IMG/VR virus record: IMGVR_UViG_3300045988_076381
From: a virus
DNA length: 64,000 nucleotides
Reading direction: 5' to 3' (one strand)
A program made the translations under genes and the position numbers. The notes beneath the pieces are model-generated. The model was not told where the DNA came from. It did not search any database and saw only the letters and a program-made list of their open reading frames with translations. Shown here in pieces: positions 1 through 9,399 of the stretch (within the stretch, counting starts at the first letter, position 1; the number at the start of each line of letters is the position of its first letter).

Positions 1-858
1 TTCGAAAGTATCTGAGATAGAAGTATTAACCCAGAAAACAGCTTTAGTAATAGATACTAATTTTTCACCTACAGCACCCATACCAGTATGATCTCTTTCG
101 CATTCATAATCAAATACATATTGATTATAAGAAGCTCCCGGTACAATCTTAGAATCATCATTATCCTGATTAAAGATACCAGTTCTGAGACTAGTCTGGA
201 TCTGTACATTTTTCAACATAGTCCAGTAAGTACCGACACCTTCTTTAGCAGTTTGAGTATGGCTACCAGTTAAGATAGTTCTGTATACTGGTTCTTTAGG
301 ATAATAATTACCTAAAGCAGCAGTACTAAAATCTTCTAATTTCTGTACTTCTAGTACATTAAATAACTGGAACTCATTAGCAGAAGTTACAGTAATTTTA
401 GCACCATCAAGATTAGCTTTAAACCGAAGATTGTTATAGAAATTACCTTGTTTATTTATAATTTCAGCTAATTTTGAAGCAATATTAGAAGCAGTATCAG
501 TACTAACTACATCTAAATTAGCATAAAACATTCTCCGACGCCTATCATCCATAGTTTCAGCGAAATATGAATCAGCAGATCCGGAAAGCTGCATACCAAT
601 AGCTAATCTAATATGATTTATTACACCAGCAGTTGTGGGTTTAACAGCATCAGTAATAGTAATTTCAGATATAGATACCTGAGGATTTGAAGCTGATGTC
701 TTATATATCTTCCCACCTTTAATATTTGCAGTTTTATAATCTCCTACACGAAGAACCCTAAAACCTTGTTCACCACTTATCTGATTATCGAACTTATTAA
801 GTCCACTAAGCGAATCTTTCGCACTATTAATAATTACTTCATTTACAAATTCAAACAT
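1..858 (-). CDS. structural-module protein, C-terminus beyond window edge
   Basis: ATG at 858-856 (MFEFVNEVIINSAKD...). Hand translation stays open for 286 codons to position 1. Missing from the ORF track only because no stop lies in the window. Same strand as, and downstream of, the capsid gene. Confidence 0.6.
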   Translation of the reverse strand, partial: MFEFVNEVIINSAKDSLSGLNKFDNQISGEQGFRVLRVGDYKTANIKGGKIYKTSASNPQVSISEITITDAVKPTTAGVINHIRLAIGMQLSGSADSYFAETMDDRRRRMFYANLDVVSTDTASNIASKLAEIINKQGNFYNNLRFKANLDGAKITVTSANEFQLFNVLEVQKLEDFSTAALGNYYPKEPVYRTILTGSHTQTAKEGVGTYWTMLKNVQIQTSLRTGIFNQDNDDSKIVPGASYNQYVFDYECERDHTGMGAVGEKLVSITKAVFWVNTSISDTFE

Positions 859-869
859 GTTTATAAATT

Positions 870-1607
870 TTATTTATTAGGGGAAATAGGTGGAGCTATT
901 GTTTGATTAACTATAGGATTGGTATTTAACCTAGGATCTCTATGTCTCTCTAAAAATAATTTCACCATAATATTAATTATCTCGTAACATACATATTTAG
1001 GAAACTCTAAGTCCTCCAGAATCTCGTCCTCACTCTCTAAATCATTTAAAGTCAGACTCAATTCATTAGGATATTTAATATAATCTATAGATATATCTGA
1101 GATATTTATATTCTTATCTTCTCCATAAAACAGCTTTATAATAACTGGAGTTCCAGTTTTAATTTGTCCAGAATCATCATTATATATATAATAATAAGGT
1201 GTTTTATATGAAGGTTTAAAGTAATAATTATTTAATATCCCAGGATATTTATCAGATGTTAATCTTCTTGCTCCCTTTTTAATTATTGAATTAGAATTAC
1301 ATTTAGCATTAGGGTTATTAAATGTAATTACACAATTTTTAAGATGAAAATAATCGCTAGGTAAAGTAAATAATGTTTTATCGTCATCTTTACTTACTAT
1401 ATTCCCTCCAGATAAAGTGGCAGTCATATTTAATACTCTAAGATCATCATCTTCTTGTTGGTTCATATCACAAAAGTTATATTTAGTATTTATATACTGA
1501 ATAACACTTTTATAATAATAATAATTAAACTCGTCTAAGAGCATACTGGGAGCTTTTTGTTTTTCTAATTCTATAAGTACTGCTTGATAGACTTGTTTTA
1601 AATTCAT
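870..1607 (-). CDS. hypothetical structural-module protein
   Basis: 245-aa ORF tightly packed between neighbouring minus-strand genes. No motif recognised. Confidence 0.55.
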   Translation of the reverse strand: MNLKQVYQAVLIELEKQKAPSMLLDEFNYYYYKSVIQYINTKYNFCDMNQQEDDDLRVLNMTATLSGGNIVSKDDDKTLFTLPSDYFHLKNCVITFNNPNAKCNSNSIIKKGARRLTSDKYPGILNNYYFKPSYKTPYYYIYNDDSGQIKTGTPVIIKLFYGEDKNINISDISIDYIKYPNELSLTLNDLESEDEILEDLEFPKYVCYEIINIMVKLFLERHRDPRLNTNPIVNQTIAPPISPNK

Positions 1608-1615
1608 ATTATGTA

Positions 1616-2626
1616 TTATTTACTAGTCTTACTAGTAGGTTTACTTTTATTCTCCAATGGAAGTTTTTCGGCATTTTCTAAATCTTTTAATATTTCGGAA
1701 TCAGACTTAGAATCATCCAGAAAACCCTGTGTTGTAGATACCTCATTCTGTGCTTTTAAATCCTCAATTCTTTTATTATCATCGGAAATAGCTTCTATAA
1801 TTACATCCTTATCCTTTACAGAAATTTCTTGAATTTCTCTTAAAATCCTATCAGTAATAAGTTTATTCTTAGGATTTTTCATAAAATCAATACAAGAATC
1901 AGCATCTCTACCTATGATATCATTATCATTATATGTATACAATCCTGCTTTCTGTCGTAAAATACCTTTCTGTTTAGCATATGTAAATGCTATTAGATAT
2001 TTAGTATCATTACTCTCAAATAAAGAAATAATCTTCTCAGCATCTTTTTTAGCAAATTCTGTTAGAAACTCTTCAATTTCCTCATCGTAAGCATCTTTTA
2101 TATATTTACCTAAAAGCATTGCTCTAATTCTTAAAGCATCTCTTGAAGCATTATAAATATAATTTAGTGCTTTATTTAGTTTCCTTGAGGCTGTATTACG
2201 TTTTTTAGTATCCTCAACAATCCTTTCTACATAATAAACTGCTTGAGGTCCGATTTTTTCATTTGGTCCTACTAACATTTTACCACTTTCATCAAATTTC
2301 CCTTTACTATCAAAAATAAGATCAGAAAATTTAATAGCTTCCCATTGTTTAGATTTAACAGGATTACTTAGATCAAACTCATCCCCATCTTTAATAAAGA
2401 ATCTATCAGTAGTTCTAACGAAATAATCCAAAGGATCATCATCTTTACCTAAGATAATATTTCCAGATGAATCCACATTTCTGACACAAGAAGGAAATTC
2501 TCTTGTTAATGGATTCTTAACTGGGGAAATTGACATTCCAGCGTGATTAGGACCAAAACGGCTACGTAAATGTATTACCGTATCAAGTTCCTCTTTTAAA
2601 GCAGTTGTACTTATACTCATATTCAT
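1616..2626 (-). CDS. hypothetical protein with acidic/Lys-rich C-terminal tail
   Basis: 336-aa ORF, first gene after the capsid terminator. No motif recognised. Confidence 0.55.
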   Translation of the reverse strand: MNMSISTTALKEELDTVIHLRSRFGPNHAGMSISPVKNPLTREFPSCVRNVDSSGNIILGKDDDPLDYFVRTTDRFFIKDGDEFDLSNPVKSKQWEAIKFSDLIFDSKGKFDESGKMLVGPNEKIGPQAVYYVERIVEDTKKRNTASRKLNKALNYIYNASRDALRIRAMLLGKYIKDAYDEEIEEFLTEFAKKDAEKIISLFESNDTKYLIAFTYAKQKGILRQKAGLYTYNDNDIIGRDADSCIDFMKNPKNKLITDRILREIQEISVKDKDVIIEAISDDNKRIEDLKAQNEVSTTQGFLDDSKSDSEILKDLENAEKLPLENKSKPTSKTSK

Positions 2627-2644
2627 TGATCATTAAATAGTTTA

Positions 2645-2677
2645 AATTTAAAATAAAGAGGGTTATTAGCCCTCTTT
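2645..2677 (-). terminator. rho-independent terminator after capsid gene
   Basis: Minus strand AAAGAGGG-CUAAUAA-CCCUCUUU followed by AUUUUAAAUUU, 13 nt after the TAA TAA stops. Confidence 0.6.
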
Positions 2678-2689
2678 ATATTTTATTTA

Positions 2690-2751
2690 TTATAGCGGAT
2701 TCTGTCTAAAGATAACAGAACGATAGGGTGCGTATACTGATACGCCGCTGT
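2690..2751 (-). CDS. putative major capsid protein, exon 7 of 7
   Basis: Starts after terminal G2752 of intron F. T3088+AC gives Tyr, then SGVSVYAPYRSVIFRQNPL, TAA TAA. Confidence 0.6.
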
Positions 2752-3087
2752 CATTTATATTTAAATAAGATCGTTACTCTTATTCGAGCGTTTGCTCCAC
2801 TATGTCGCCATAGTGATTAGACTATATCTTTAACTTAAACACTGTTACCATATTTAAGTTACTCTCCATTTCCGATAGACTTCTATCGTACTCTACTCAT
2901 TTACTTGTTATAGGATTTCTCTATAACTACACTTTCGATAGTCGTTGAACTTTATATACTACTAAATGTGATTTAGTGTATATCTTAGCTGCTGATTGTC
3001 TAAGATAGAGTTTCCAGCAATTAGAAGAGTTGTTTTCTCTAATATCGCTACTAAAGGGGGTCTAAGCTTTAAAATTTTCAGATATCA
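2752..3087 (-). mobile_element. group I intron F (ORF-less, IA-like core)
   Basis: P1 GGGGUU/GACCCC with U3088.G3062. Plus-strand copies of P at 3012-3022, Q at 2988-2997, R (tagtcgttgaac) at 2939-2950, S at 2819-2828. Two P9-type hairpins. Ends at G2752. Confidence 0.75.
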
Positions 3088-3116
3088 AACCCCAGTAAAT
3101 CATTTTCTTGAGCCTC
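3088..3116 (-). CDS. putative major capsid protein, exon 6 of 7 (29-nt micro-exon)
   Basis: G AGG CUC AAG AAA AUG AUU UAC UGG GGU U. This is the only frame that connects exon 5 (phase 2) to exon 7 (phase 1). Confidence 0.55.
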
Positions 3117-3411
3117 CTGATCATTTTTGATCAAGAATCTTCATATTTCCATGAAGAACAGACTATATTATCACTTTTAAAAGTGTCTCCTCTTTCGAAC
3201 TTATTTAAGTTCTATGCCTATTTAATAGGACTTACTAGTCGTTGAACCTTTTTCTTTATTTAAAGAAACTTGGCTGCGGATTGTCTAATATTTAACCTTG
3301 TTACTATACCGAAGTAGTTACCTTCGCCATATAATTATTGCTAATTATATTTAGTAGTTAAATCTCTAAAGATGTTCCCGCAATTTAGGAGATTAGGATC
3401 CAAAATGATTC
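3117..3411 (-). mobile_element. group I intron E (ORF-less)
   Basis: P1 GGAUCU/GGAUCC with U3412.G3401. P AAUUGCGGGAA (3375-3385) and Q AAUCCGCAGC (3273-3282) covary relative to the other five introns. R at 3236-3247, S at 3160-3168. Ends at G3117. Confidence 0.75.
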
Positions 3412-3472
3412 AGATCCTGCAACTGGTGTGCTAGCGGTTCCTCCTGAGATACCGTCGATCCCGCCTCAAAGG
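3412..3472 (-). CDS. putative major capsid protein, exon 5 of 7 (61 nt)
   Basis: Only one of three frames is open: (S)FEAGSTVSQEEPLAHQLQD(L). Flanked by terminal G3473 and the P1 of intron E. Confidence 0.6.
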
Positions 3473-4809
3473 CTATTTTCTTATATTTTCATATAAGTTA
3501 GACTATATCATTAACTTGTTATAAGTTTATTCAATATATTTAAACACAAACCCTTTACAATGTGAAGCAGTTCCTTTAAGAACCTTGCTAACATTAGCAT
3601 ATTGTTTTCTACATTCCCTAACAGTATCAAATGTTTCTAATAGATTTCCTTCAAAATCATATCTTCCTACTTTTCTTTTTTTACATGGATTGAAATTTTT
3701 GGGAATTTCTAATTTATCTACTTTCTCCCAAGACCAAAAGTATCCACCATAACTTTGATTTAGATTTATAGCATTAGATAATCTATTTTGTTTTAAATTA
3801 CAAAATTCCTTAGCTTCTTTAGAATTTTTAAAACTACGTAAAAAATTACCTTCTAAATCATACTGATAGATAGGGTCATTACTTCTTTTTCTTTCTTGAG
3901 ATTTTATTGGATAAACATCAAATTTTCTATCGGAAATATAATATTTAGATATTTTAGTTCCTAATTTTACAGCTTTCTGTATTGAACTAAGATTAACATC
4001 TAAGTATCTAGCTGTATCAGACATAGATTTAAATTCCATGAAAAATACTCCTTTAGAAGTATATAAATAAGTTGATTTCTTTTGTAAAATAGGTTTGTTA
4101 GACAGATCTAGTTTATCAACTTTTATATCAGACCAATAAAATTCTCCACTCATACTTCCATTCAATACTGCACGCCCAATTGCAGCTTCATGAATATGAA
4201 TATGATCAGATGCCTCTTTAATACTATTAAAAGATCGTAAATAGTTTCCGGATAAAGAATACTGGTATATAATTTTATTTAATAATGGAGGAGTATCTCC
4301 GCCTAATGTAATATTATATGTATCAGATCTTCCAATGAAATTTTCATTTACTAAAAATCTTTCAATATTTTCTGCTTCTTCTCTTGTATTACATATAAAT
4401 AATGTAACTCTAGAGAAAGCATCAAATCCGTATTTCTTAACAGCACTCTGAAAAGGAGTTTTTGGATGTAATATACTAGATGGTTTATATATATTTACCC
4501 CATTTCCCAAATATCCATCAAATTTATCAGGATTCTCTGTTTCGTGTATTCCAATATAAATTTTTCTGTTTTTATTATTTATCGTTAGGTATACTATAGT
4601 TTTCATATATTGTGTTTTTACTTATACATTAAGTTATTTCCCATTTCGGAAGTAGAACTTCCTACGTCTATCCAGACTAGTCGTTGAACCCAATTTTGGA
4701 GTTTACATAAGTCTTACATATCCCAAAACCTTGGCTGCTGATTAGCATGTAATATTTATATTATTTAGCTTTCCAGCAATTAGAGAAATTTATTTTTCTG
4801 CATATCACT
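3473..4809 (-). mobile_element. group I intron D carrying a GIY-YIG gene
   Basis: P at 4771-4781, Q at 4734-4743, R at 4678-4689, then ORF 3527..4606, S at 3500-3509, GNRA-capped hairpin. Ends at G3473. Confidence 0.75.
3527..4606 (-). CDS. GIY-YIG homing endonuclease (intron-encoded)
   Basis: N-terminal IVYLTINNKNRKIYIGIHET...GYLGNG...EAENIERFLV (GIY-YIG core). C-terminal repeats YQYxLxGNxLRSFxSxKEA are typical DNA-binding modules of I-TevI/Seg-like enzymes. Paralog of 6465..7547. Confidence 0.8.
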   Translation of the reverse strand: MKTIVYLTINNKNRKIYIGIHETENPDKFDGYLGNGVNIYKPSSILHPKTPFQSAVKKYGFDAFSRVTLFICNTREEAENIERFLVNENFIGRSDTYNITLGGDTPPLLNKIIYQYSLSGNYLRSFNSIKEASDHIHIHEAAIGRAVLNGSMSGEFYWSDIKVDKLDLSNKPILQKKSTYLYTSKGVFFMEFKSMSDTARYLDVNLSSIQKAVKLGTKISKYYISDRKFDVYPIKSQERKRSNDPIYQYDLEGNFLRSFKNSKEAKEFCNLKQNRLSNAINLNQSYGGYFWSWEKVDKLEIPKNFNPCKKRKVGRYDFEGNLLETFDTVRECRKQYANVSKVLKGTASHCKGFVFKYIE

Positions 4810-5328
4810 ATGCAGCGGCGCAAGCGGATCTATTTACGCCAATTACATCAGTTTTAATCATATCACAGCCCTTGAACGTCCAAGATTCAATAGCTGGTTT
4901 TCCGTTAGCTAAGTCCGGAGTTAAGTCAAGAATAAATCCAAATGCTTGATCAGGATATTCTATATTTAAAGCTTTATCCGGCATAAAAGTAATCGTATTA
5001 CCCTGATATTCATAGCTAACAAAAGTATTACCTACTTTAACACCATCAACCGTTTCACCTACTTTCTTCTTCATACCAGAAGATTTACTATACATCAAAG
5101 TAGCAGTAGGAGTCCACCTTCCAATTTCATCCATTAAGTTATCACCAACCTGATTCCAAAGTAAAGAGTTACAGATTAATACGTAATCATTACCAGTTAA
5201 ATTCTTTGCCTTAGAGGTTAAGAAACTTAATGCTTCTTTGAAGTGTGAAGTAAGTAATTGATCGAAAGAGATTAAGTATGCATATCTTTCAATTTGAGGA
5301 ATTATCATTTGTGTTAGCTTTATGTTAC
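4810..5328 (-). CDS. putative major capsid protein, exon 4 of 7
   Basis: Track ORF 4808..5308 extended 5' to the splice acceptor. Ends at T4810 (phase 1), which is required by the only open frame of exon 5. Confidence 0.7.
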
Positions 5329-5514
5329 CATAAAGATCAGACTATATCTTAATCTTATATATTTAATTATTAAGATCCCCTCCATTTCGAGAAATTTTTC
5401 TCTACTCCATATTGGATAGTCGTTGAACGTTTCTTATAAAAGACTTCGCTGCTGATTGTCTTTATATTTAAAGATGTTCCAGCAATTAGAAGGGTGTTTC
5501 AGTATTTATCACTA
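5329..5514 (-). mobile_element. group I intron C (ORF-less, only about 186 nt)
   Basis: P1 UUUAUU/GAUAAA with U5515.G5510. P at 5477-5487, Q at 5448-5457, R at 5417-5428, S at 5339-5348. P7 GACUAU/AUAGUC. Extra hairpins between P7 and P3' (IA hallmark). Ends at G5329. Confidence 0.7.
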
Positions 5515-5542
5515 AATAAAGCGGCAAATTTCTTACCGTCGC
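5515..5542 (-). CDS. putative major capsid protein, exon 3 of 7 (28-nt micro-exon)
   Basis: GCG ACG GUA AGA AAU UUG CCG CUU UAU U between terminal G5543 and the P1 of intron C. Least certain exon. Confidence 0.5.
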
Positions 5543-5849
5543 CTATATACACTATTTATACTTTATATCACTATAAAGATTAGACTATATCATCAACTTA
5601 TCTTGTAACAATTATTTTTATTTAATTATTTAAGTTGTTCCCTGCTTCCATATATAAATATGTACGTCCGAAGACTAGTCGTTGAACTTTCATTAAATAT
5701 GATATAAATATATACAATATTTAATGCTTAGCTGCTGATTGCCTTTAAGTAGCAGATTAAAGATATTCCAGCAATTCAAGGAATTTAATTTATCATACTG
5801 TTTCCAGTATGCGACCCATGTTTAACATAGACGTTTGTTAAAATTTCCC
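5543..5849 (-). mobile_element. group I intron B (ORF-less)
   Basis: P1 GACCU/GGGUC with U5850.G5817. P2 CAUACUG-GAAA-CAGUAUG. P at 5766-5776, Q at 5731-5740, R at 5676-5687, S at 5582-5591. Ends at G5543. Confidence 0.75.
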
Positions 5850-6431
5850 AGGTCTCTGCGTTTGCGAATCAATTATAGTCGGTTTTCCGTTCTTATCCAC
5901 ATTACTACGTGCCCAAAGATCATGTTTAGCTTTAACTTCCAAGAAATTCTCAATCAAGGTCTTTTCCATTGAAGTCATAGTAAACAATTTCTCACTTCCC
6001 TTAGTTTCTGTATCACTAATTTTCAAGAATACATCTTCATTAGCTAAATAGGCTTGAGATGCATCAATATCATTTCTATGTAAGGTTAAGTAGTTACGAT
6101 GAACCTCCATATTAGACTGATATTTAGTCGTTCCAAAGTCGTGATAATCAAACGGATGAGCATTTGATAAGAAGTGAGTAGTCATACCAGGTTGACACGC
6201 AGAAGTATCAAGATACGACATATAATCAGTATCGATTAATCGAACAGTGTATTCATAATATTTATTACTTCTCCAAATTGGACGAGCAGTAACATAACAC
6301 TGTTGATGTGATTTATCTATCACGAAAATATCATGTTTATCGTAGTATTTTTCTTTAAACAACATCCGAATTTCAGTTCCTCCAACACCATCGCCTTCTG
6401 GAACAGCAACAAACGGAATACGTTTAATGAA
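5850..6431 (-). CDS. putative major capsid protein, exon 2 of 7
   Basis: Track ORF 5838..6365 extended upstream in frame (FIKRIPFVAVPEGDGVGGTEIR-MLFKEK...) to the acceptor. 582 nt = 194 codons. Confidence 0.7.
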
Positions 6432-7701
6432 CCTATTCTATTTAAAGAACTTAGACTATATCATTTACTTATTAGTATGATATTTAAAGATATAATCTTT
6501 ATAATATCTATCCCCCATCTGGATATTCTTTAATTTATTTGATGGGATATTGTATTTTTCTCTTACTTCTTTTATAGTATTTAAAGTCTCTATATAATTC
6601 CCAAATTTATCATACACATCAATTATCATTCCATTAGAATAACATTTTTGTGGAACTTTAGATACTTCTGTAGTAGATATGTAATAATCCTTATACCATC
6701 CCTCGTTATAAGATAATATATTCTGAATTTTAGCCCATGAATGAAGATTTATAACCTTCATTACTTCTTTCCCTTTAAATCTTCCTATATAATTTCCTTC
6801 TTTATCATATACATAATAAATAAGATTCTTACAACTTATCCTAGCCTTCGGAATAAATTCATCTACTAACTTCTTAGATATATAATATTGATTCTGTACT
6901 AGAGACTGATTTTTAATAGCTTTACTTATATCTAATATTCCTATATATTCAGCACATTCCTTTTCTGATTGAAACTCATTTAAGAGCTTCCCTTTTTTAG
7001 AATATAAATATACAGAAATAGGTGGATTAGATTTCTTACAATATTTAATAACATCTATCTCTGGTTCTAATGCCCAATAAGAATTAAGAAATTCACATTT
7101 CTTATCTATAGCATATTGAAATTTTTTAGGAGATTGTCCGTAAAAATCAAATACTTCTAAAGAATATTCCCATTTCTTTTGTAACTCTCCAGATGTATTA
7201 AATTGATAAATTGTTTTATATAAATCTGTATTTAAATAATTATAAGTATGATCCGCTTTTAAATACTCAGTATTTATTAACTCAGATTCTTTATTATACG
7301 CCTCTTCTAGAGTATCATAAATATATAAAGTAGTTCTCTCAAATGCTTTTGTTCCATACTTTTTAACAGCATATTGAAATGGAGTTTTTGGGTACATATA
7401 AGTACTTGGTTGATCTATATAAACTCCACACCCTAAATATCCATCAAAAGTATTAGGATCATTTGTCTGATGCACTCCAATATAAATTTTATTTAACTCT
7501 CCAACTTTAGATTTTAAATTTTTAGTAAGATATACAATATATTTCATAAGTAATTCAGTTTTTTAATCTTATTTAAATAATAAGATTTACAGGTTTCCCC
7601 TAGTCGTTGAACACTGTCTTCATCAAGACCATGCTGCTGATTATCTCTAGTAGCAGTAGAGAGTTCCCAGCAATTTAAAGAATTTATTGTGAACCTCATT
7701 G
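6432..7701 (-). mobile_element. group I intron A carrying a GIY-YIG gene
   Basis: P1 GUGAAU/GUUCAC with U7702.G7694. P at 7664-7675, Q at 7633-7642, R at 7601-7612, ORF 6465..7547, S at 6453-6462. Ends at G6432. Confidence 0.8.
6465..7547 (-). CDS. GIY-YIG homing endonuclease (intron-encoded)
   Basis: IVYLTKNLKSKVGELNKIYIGVHQT...GYLGCG...EAYNKESELI plus repeated C-terminal DNA-binding modules. Paralog of 3527..4606. Confidence 0.8.
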   Translation of the reverse strand: MKYIVYLTKNLKSKVGELNKIYIGVHQTNDPNTFDGYLGCGVYIDQPSTYMYPKTPFQYAVKKYGTKAFERTTLYIYDTLEEAYNKESELINTEYLKADHTYNYLNTDLYKTIYQFNTSGELQKKWEYSLEVFDFYGQSPKKFQYAIDKKCEFLNSYWALEPEIDVIKYCKKSNPPISVYLYSKKGKLLNEFQSEKECAEYIGILDISKAIKNQSLVQNQYYISKKLVDEFIPKARISCKNLIYYVYDKEGNYIGRFKGKEVMKVINLHSWAKIQNILSYNEGWYKDYYISTTEVSKVPQKCYSNGMIIDVYDKFGNYIETLNTIKEVREKYNIPSNKLKNIQMGDRYYKDYIFKYHTNK

Positions 7702-7941
7702 ATTCACATCCACGTCCCATTCGATAGCAAAAGCATCAATACTCTTACGTCCGGGCTTAGGAATATCTTGATAAACCATATTTTCAATTCTCTCAGTTAA
7801 AGCTGATACAGTATGTCCGGGACATAAAGATGCAGCTAAACCTACTCTATGAGTAATTCGTCCCAAGAATTGGGAGAAGTCATGAAAAGTTCTTGAGCCA
7901 TTCATATTGGCTCGATTTGAAATGTATTCTGCTACAAACAT
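7702..7941 (-). CDS. putative major capsid protein, exon 1 of 7
   Basis: ATG at 7941, 19 nt after the scaffold-like gene. 80 codons ending ...EWDVDVN at the P1 splice-site U. The capsid call rests on position after the scaffold and the 506-aa spliced size. Confidence 0.7.
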
Positions 7942-7959
7942 TTTAAATTAAATTTAGAT

Positions 7960-9027
7960 CTAATCCTTTAGGTTAAGAAAACTTTTTAAATCTGAATTTT
8001 CTATTTTATTACCTTTACCTGTTGATAGATTAGATGTGTTATTACTACGTTTTTTATTTTTAAGTTTACTTAATTTCTCTAGTCTATTCTTTAGGTACTC
8101 TTCATCGTTAAGTACATTATTATAATGTTCATGAATAGCTTCAATTAGTTCGTCTCCATGAGTAGCATAAAATGCTAATTTAAATAATGTATCTGGATTA
8201 TCTAAATCACTTGCAAGTTTTGTCCTTCCCGTAATCTGGGGTTTAGTTATATAATCCATTGTACTATCTATATCTGATTCTTCAAGGTCAAAACCTCCAA
8301 TAGTCTTAATATTTTTTCCAGCCTCTCTAAGAGTACCTATTATCTTATTTAATTCTTCCTCAGATAACTGAGAGTCTTGTTCTTCTTTCTGTTTAGCTTC
8401 GGCAGATAATCTTTCTTCTTCTGCTTTATATATCTCACGTAATTTATTAACCTTTTTCTCAAAAGATTCAGAATTTTCTTTAGCTTTATTTACTTCATCA
8501 ACTAATTCATCTTCTGTTAAAATATCTCCGTAATTATTTTTTATATATAAAGCATATATATCCTCATCTGATAATTCATCTACCTTATAAACAGCTCCTT
8601 CATTTGCTAAATATTCCTCAATTCCTTTCTGTTTGTAATAATTTACTAAAGATTCGGAGTTAAGGTTATTTTCACGCATAAATGTAAGAAGATTTATCTC
8701 ATCATCGTCTAGGTTATAATCATCTTCTTCTAAATTAAGAAGTTCTATTTGTTCTTCTCTGCTTAACTCAGTAAATGGGACACTGTGAATTACTCCGGTT
8801 TCAGTATCCTCTATTTTTATATTATTAAAATCTATTCCTCTAGATTTAAGAACAGACTCTAATAAAGATTGTTCGTCTATAACAGGAGAAGTATTCTCCT
8901 CTGTATTAACTTCCTCTTGGGAAGTATCTTTTTTACCATCCACATTCTCCTCAGATGATTTTTGAGGAGTAGATTCTTCGTCTAATGAGTTGAAGATATC
9001 TAAATCATTTTCATATTCCATATACAA
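7960..9027 (-). CDS. putative scaffolding protein
   Basis: 355 aa, very acidic with long coiled-coil-like Glu/Lys stretches, immediately upstream of the capsid gene. Based on composition and position only. Confidence 0.45.
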   Translation of the reverse strand: MYMEYENDLDIFNSLDEESTPQKSSEENVDGKKDTSQEEVNTEENTSPVIDEQSLLESVLKSRGIDFNNIKIEDTETGVIHSVPFTELSREEQIELLNLEEDDYNLDDDEINLLTFMRENNLNSESLVNYYKQKGIEEYLANEGAVYKVDELSDEDIYALYIKNNYGDILTEDELVDEVNKAKENSESFEKKVNKLREIYKAEEERLSAEAKQKEEQDSQLSEEELNKIIGTLREAGKNIKTIGGFDLEESDIDSTMDYITKPQITGRTKLASDLDNPDTLFKLAFYATHGDELIEAIHEHYNNVLNDEEYLKNRLEKLSKLKNKKRSNNTSNLSTGKGNKIENSDLKSFLNLKD

Positions 9028-9033
9028 TATTTA

Positions 9034-9324
9034 TTACAGAAGTTCTATATATTCCCCAAACTCTGCTAAAGACTTCTTTCTAATATTAAAAGGAGTAGAG
9101 GAAATAGTTTCTTTAAGAGAATTTTTATATTTATCATCCAATTCAAATGATTCCGATTCTACATTCTCTTCTAAAATTTTCATAATCTCTAAATCTCTTT
9201 TAATTGTAGATAAAGTTAAAGCTTTTTGGCTCGGAACTTCATAACAAAATAACATTAAACTTACATAATTAGCCGGACGCTGTGCATCCACTTTAATGTC
9301 AATAGGCTTATTTTCAATAATCAT
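9034..9324 (-). CDS. hypothetical protein
   Basis: 96-aa ORF packed 6 nt upstream of the scaffold-like gene. Confidence 0.5.
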   Translation of the reverse strand: MIIENKPIDIKVDAQRPANYVSLMLFCYEVPSQKALTLSTIKRDLEIMKILEENVESESFELDDKYKNSLKETISSTPFNIRKKSLAEFGEYIELL

Positions 9325-9399
9325 AGTTCATTAATTTTTAGTTATTCATCCACAAAAGTAGATAATATTTGTATGTAATACAATAAATAAATAAAAATT

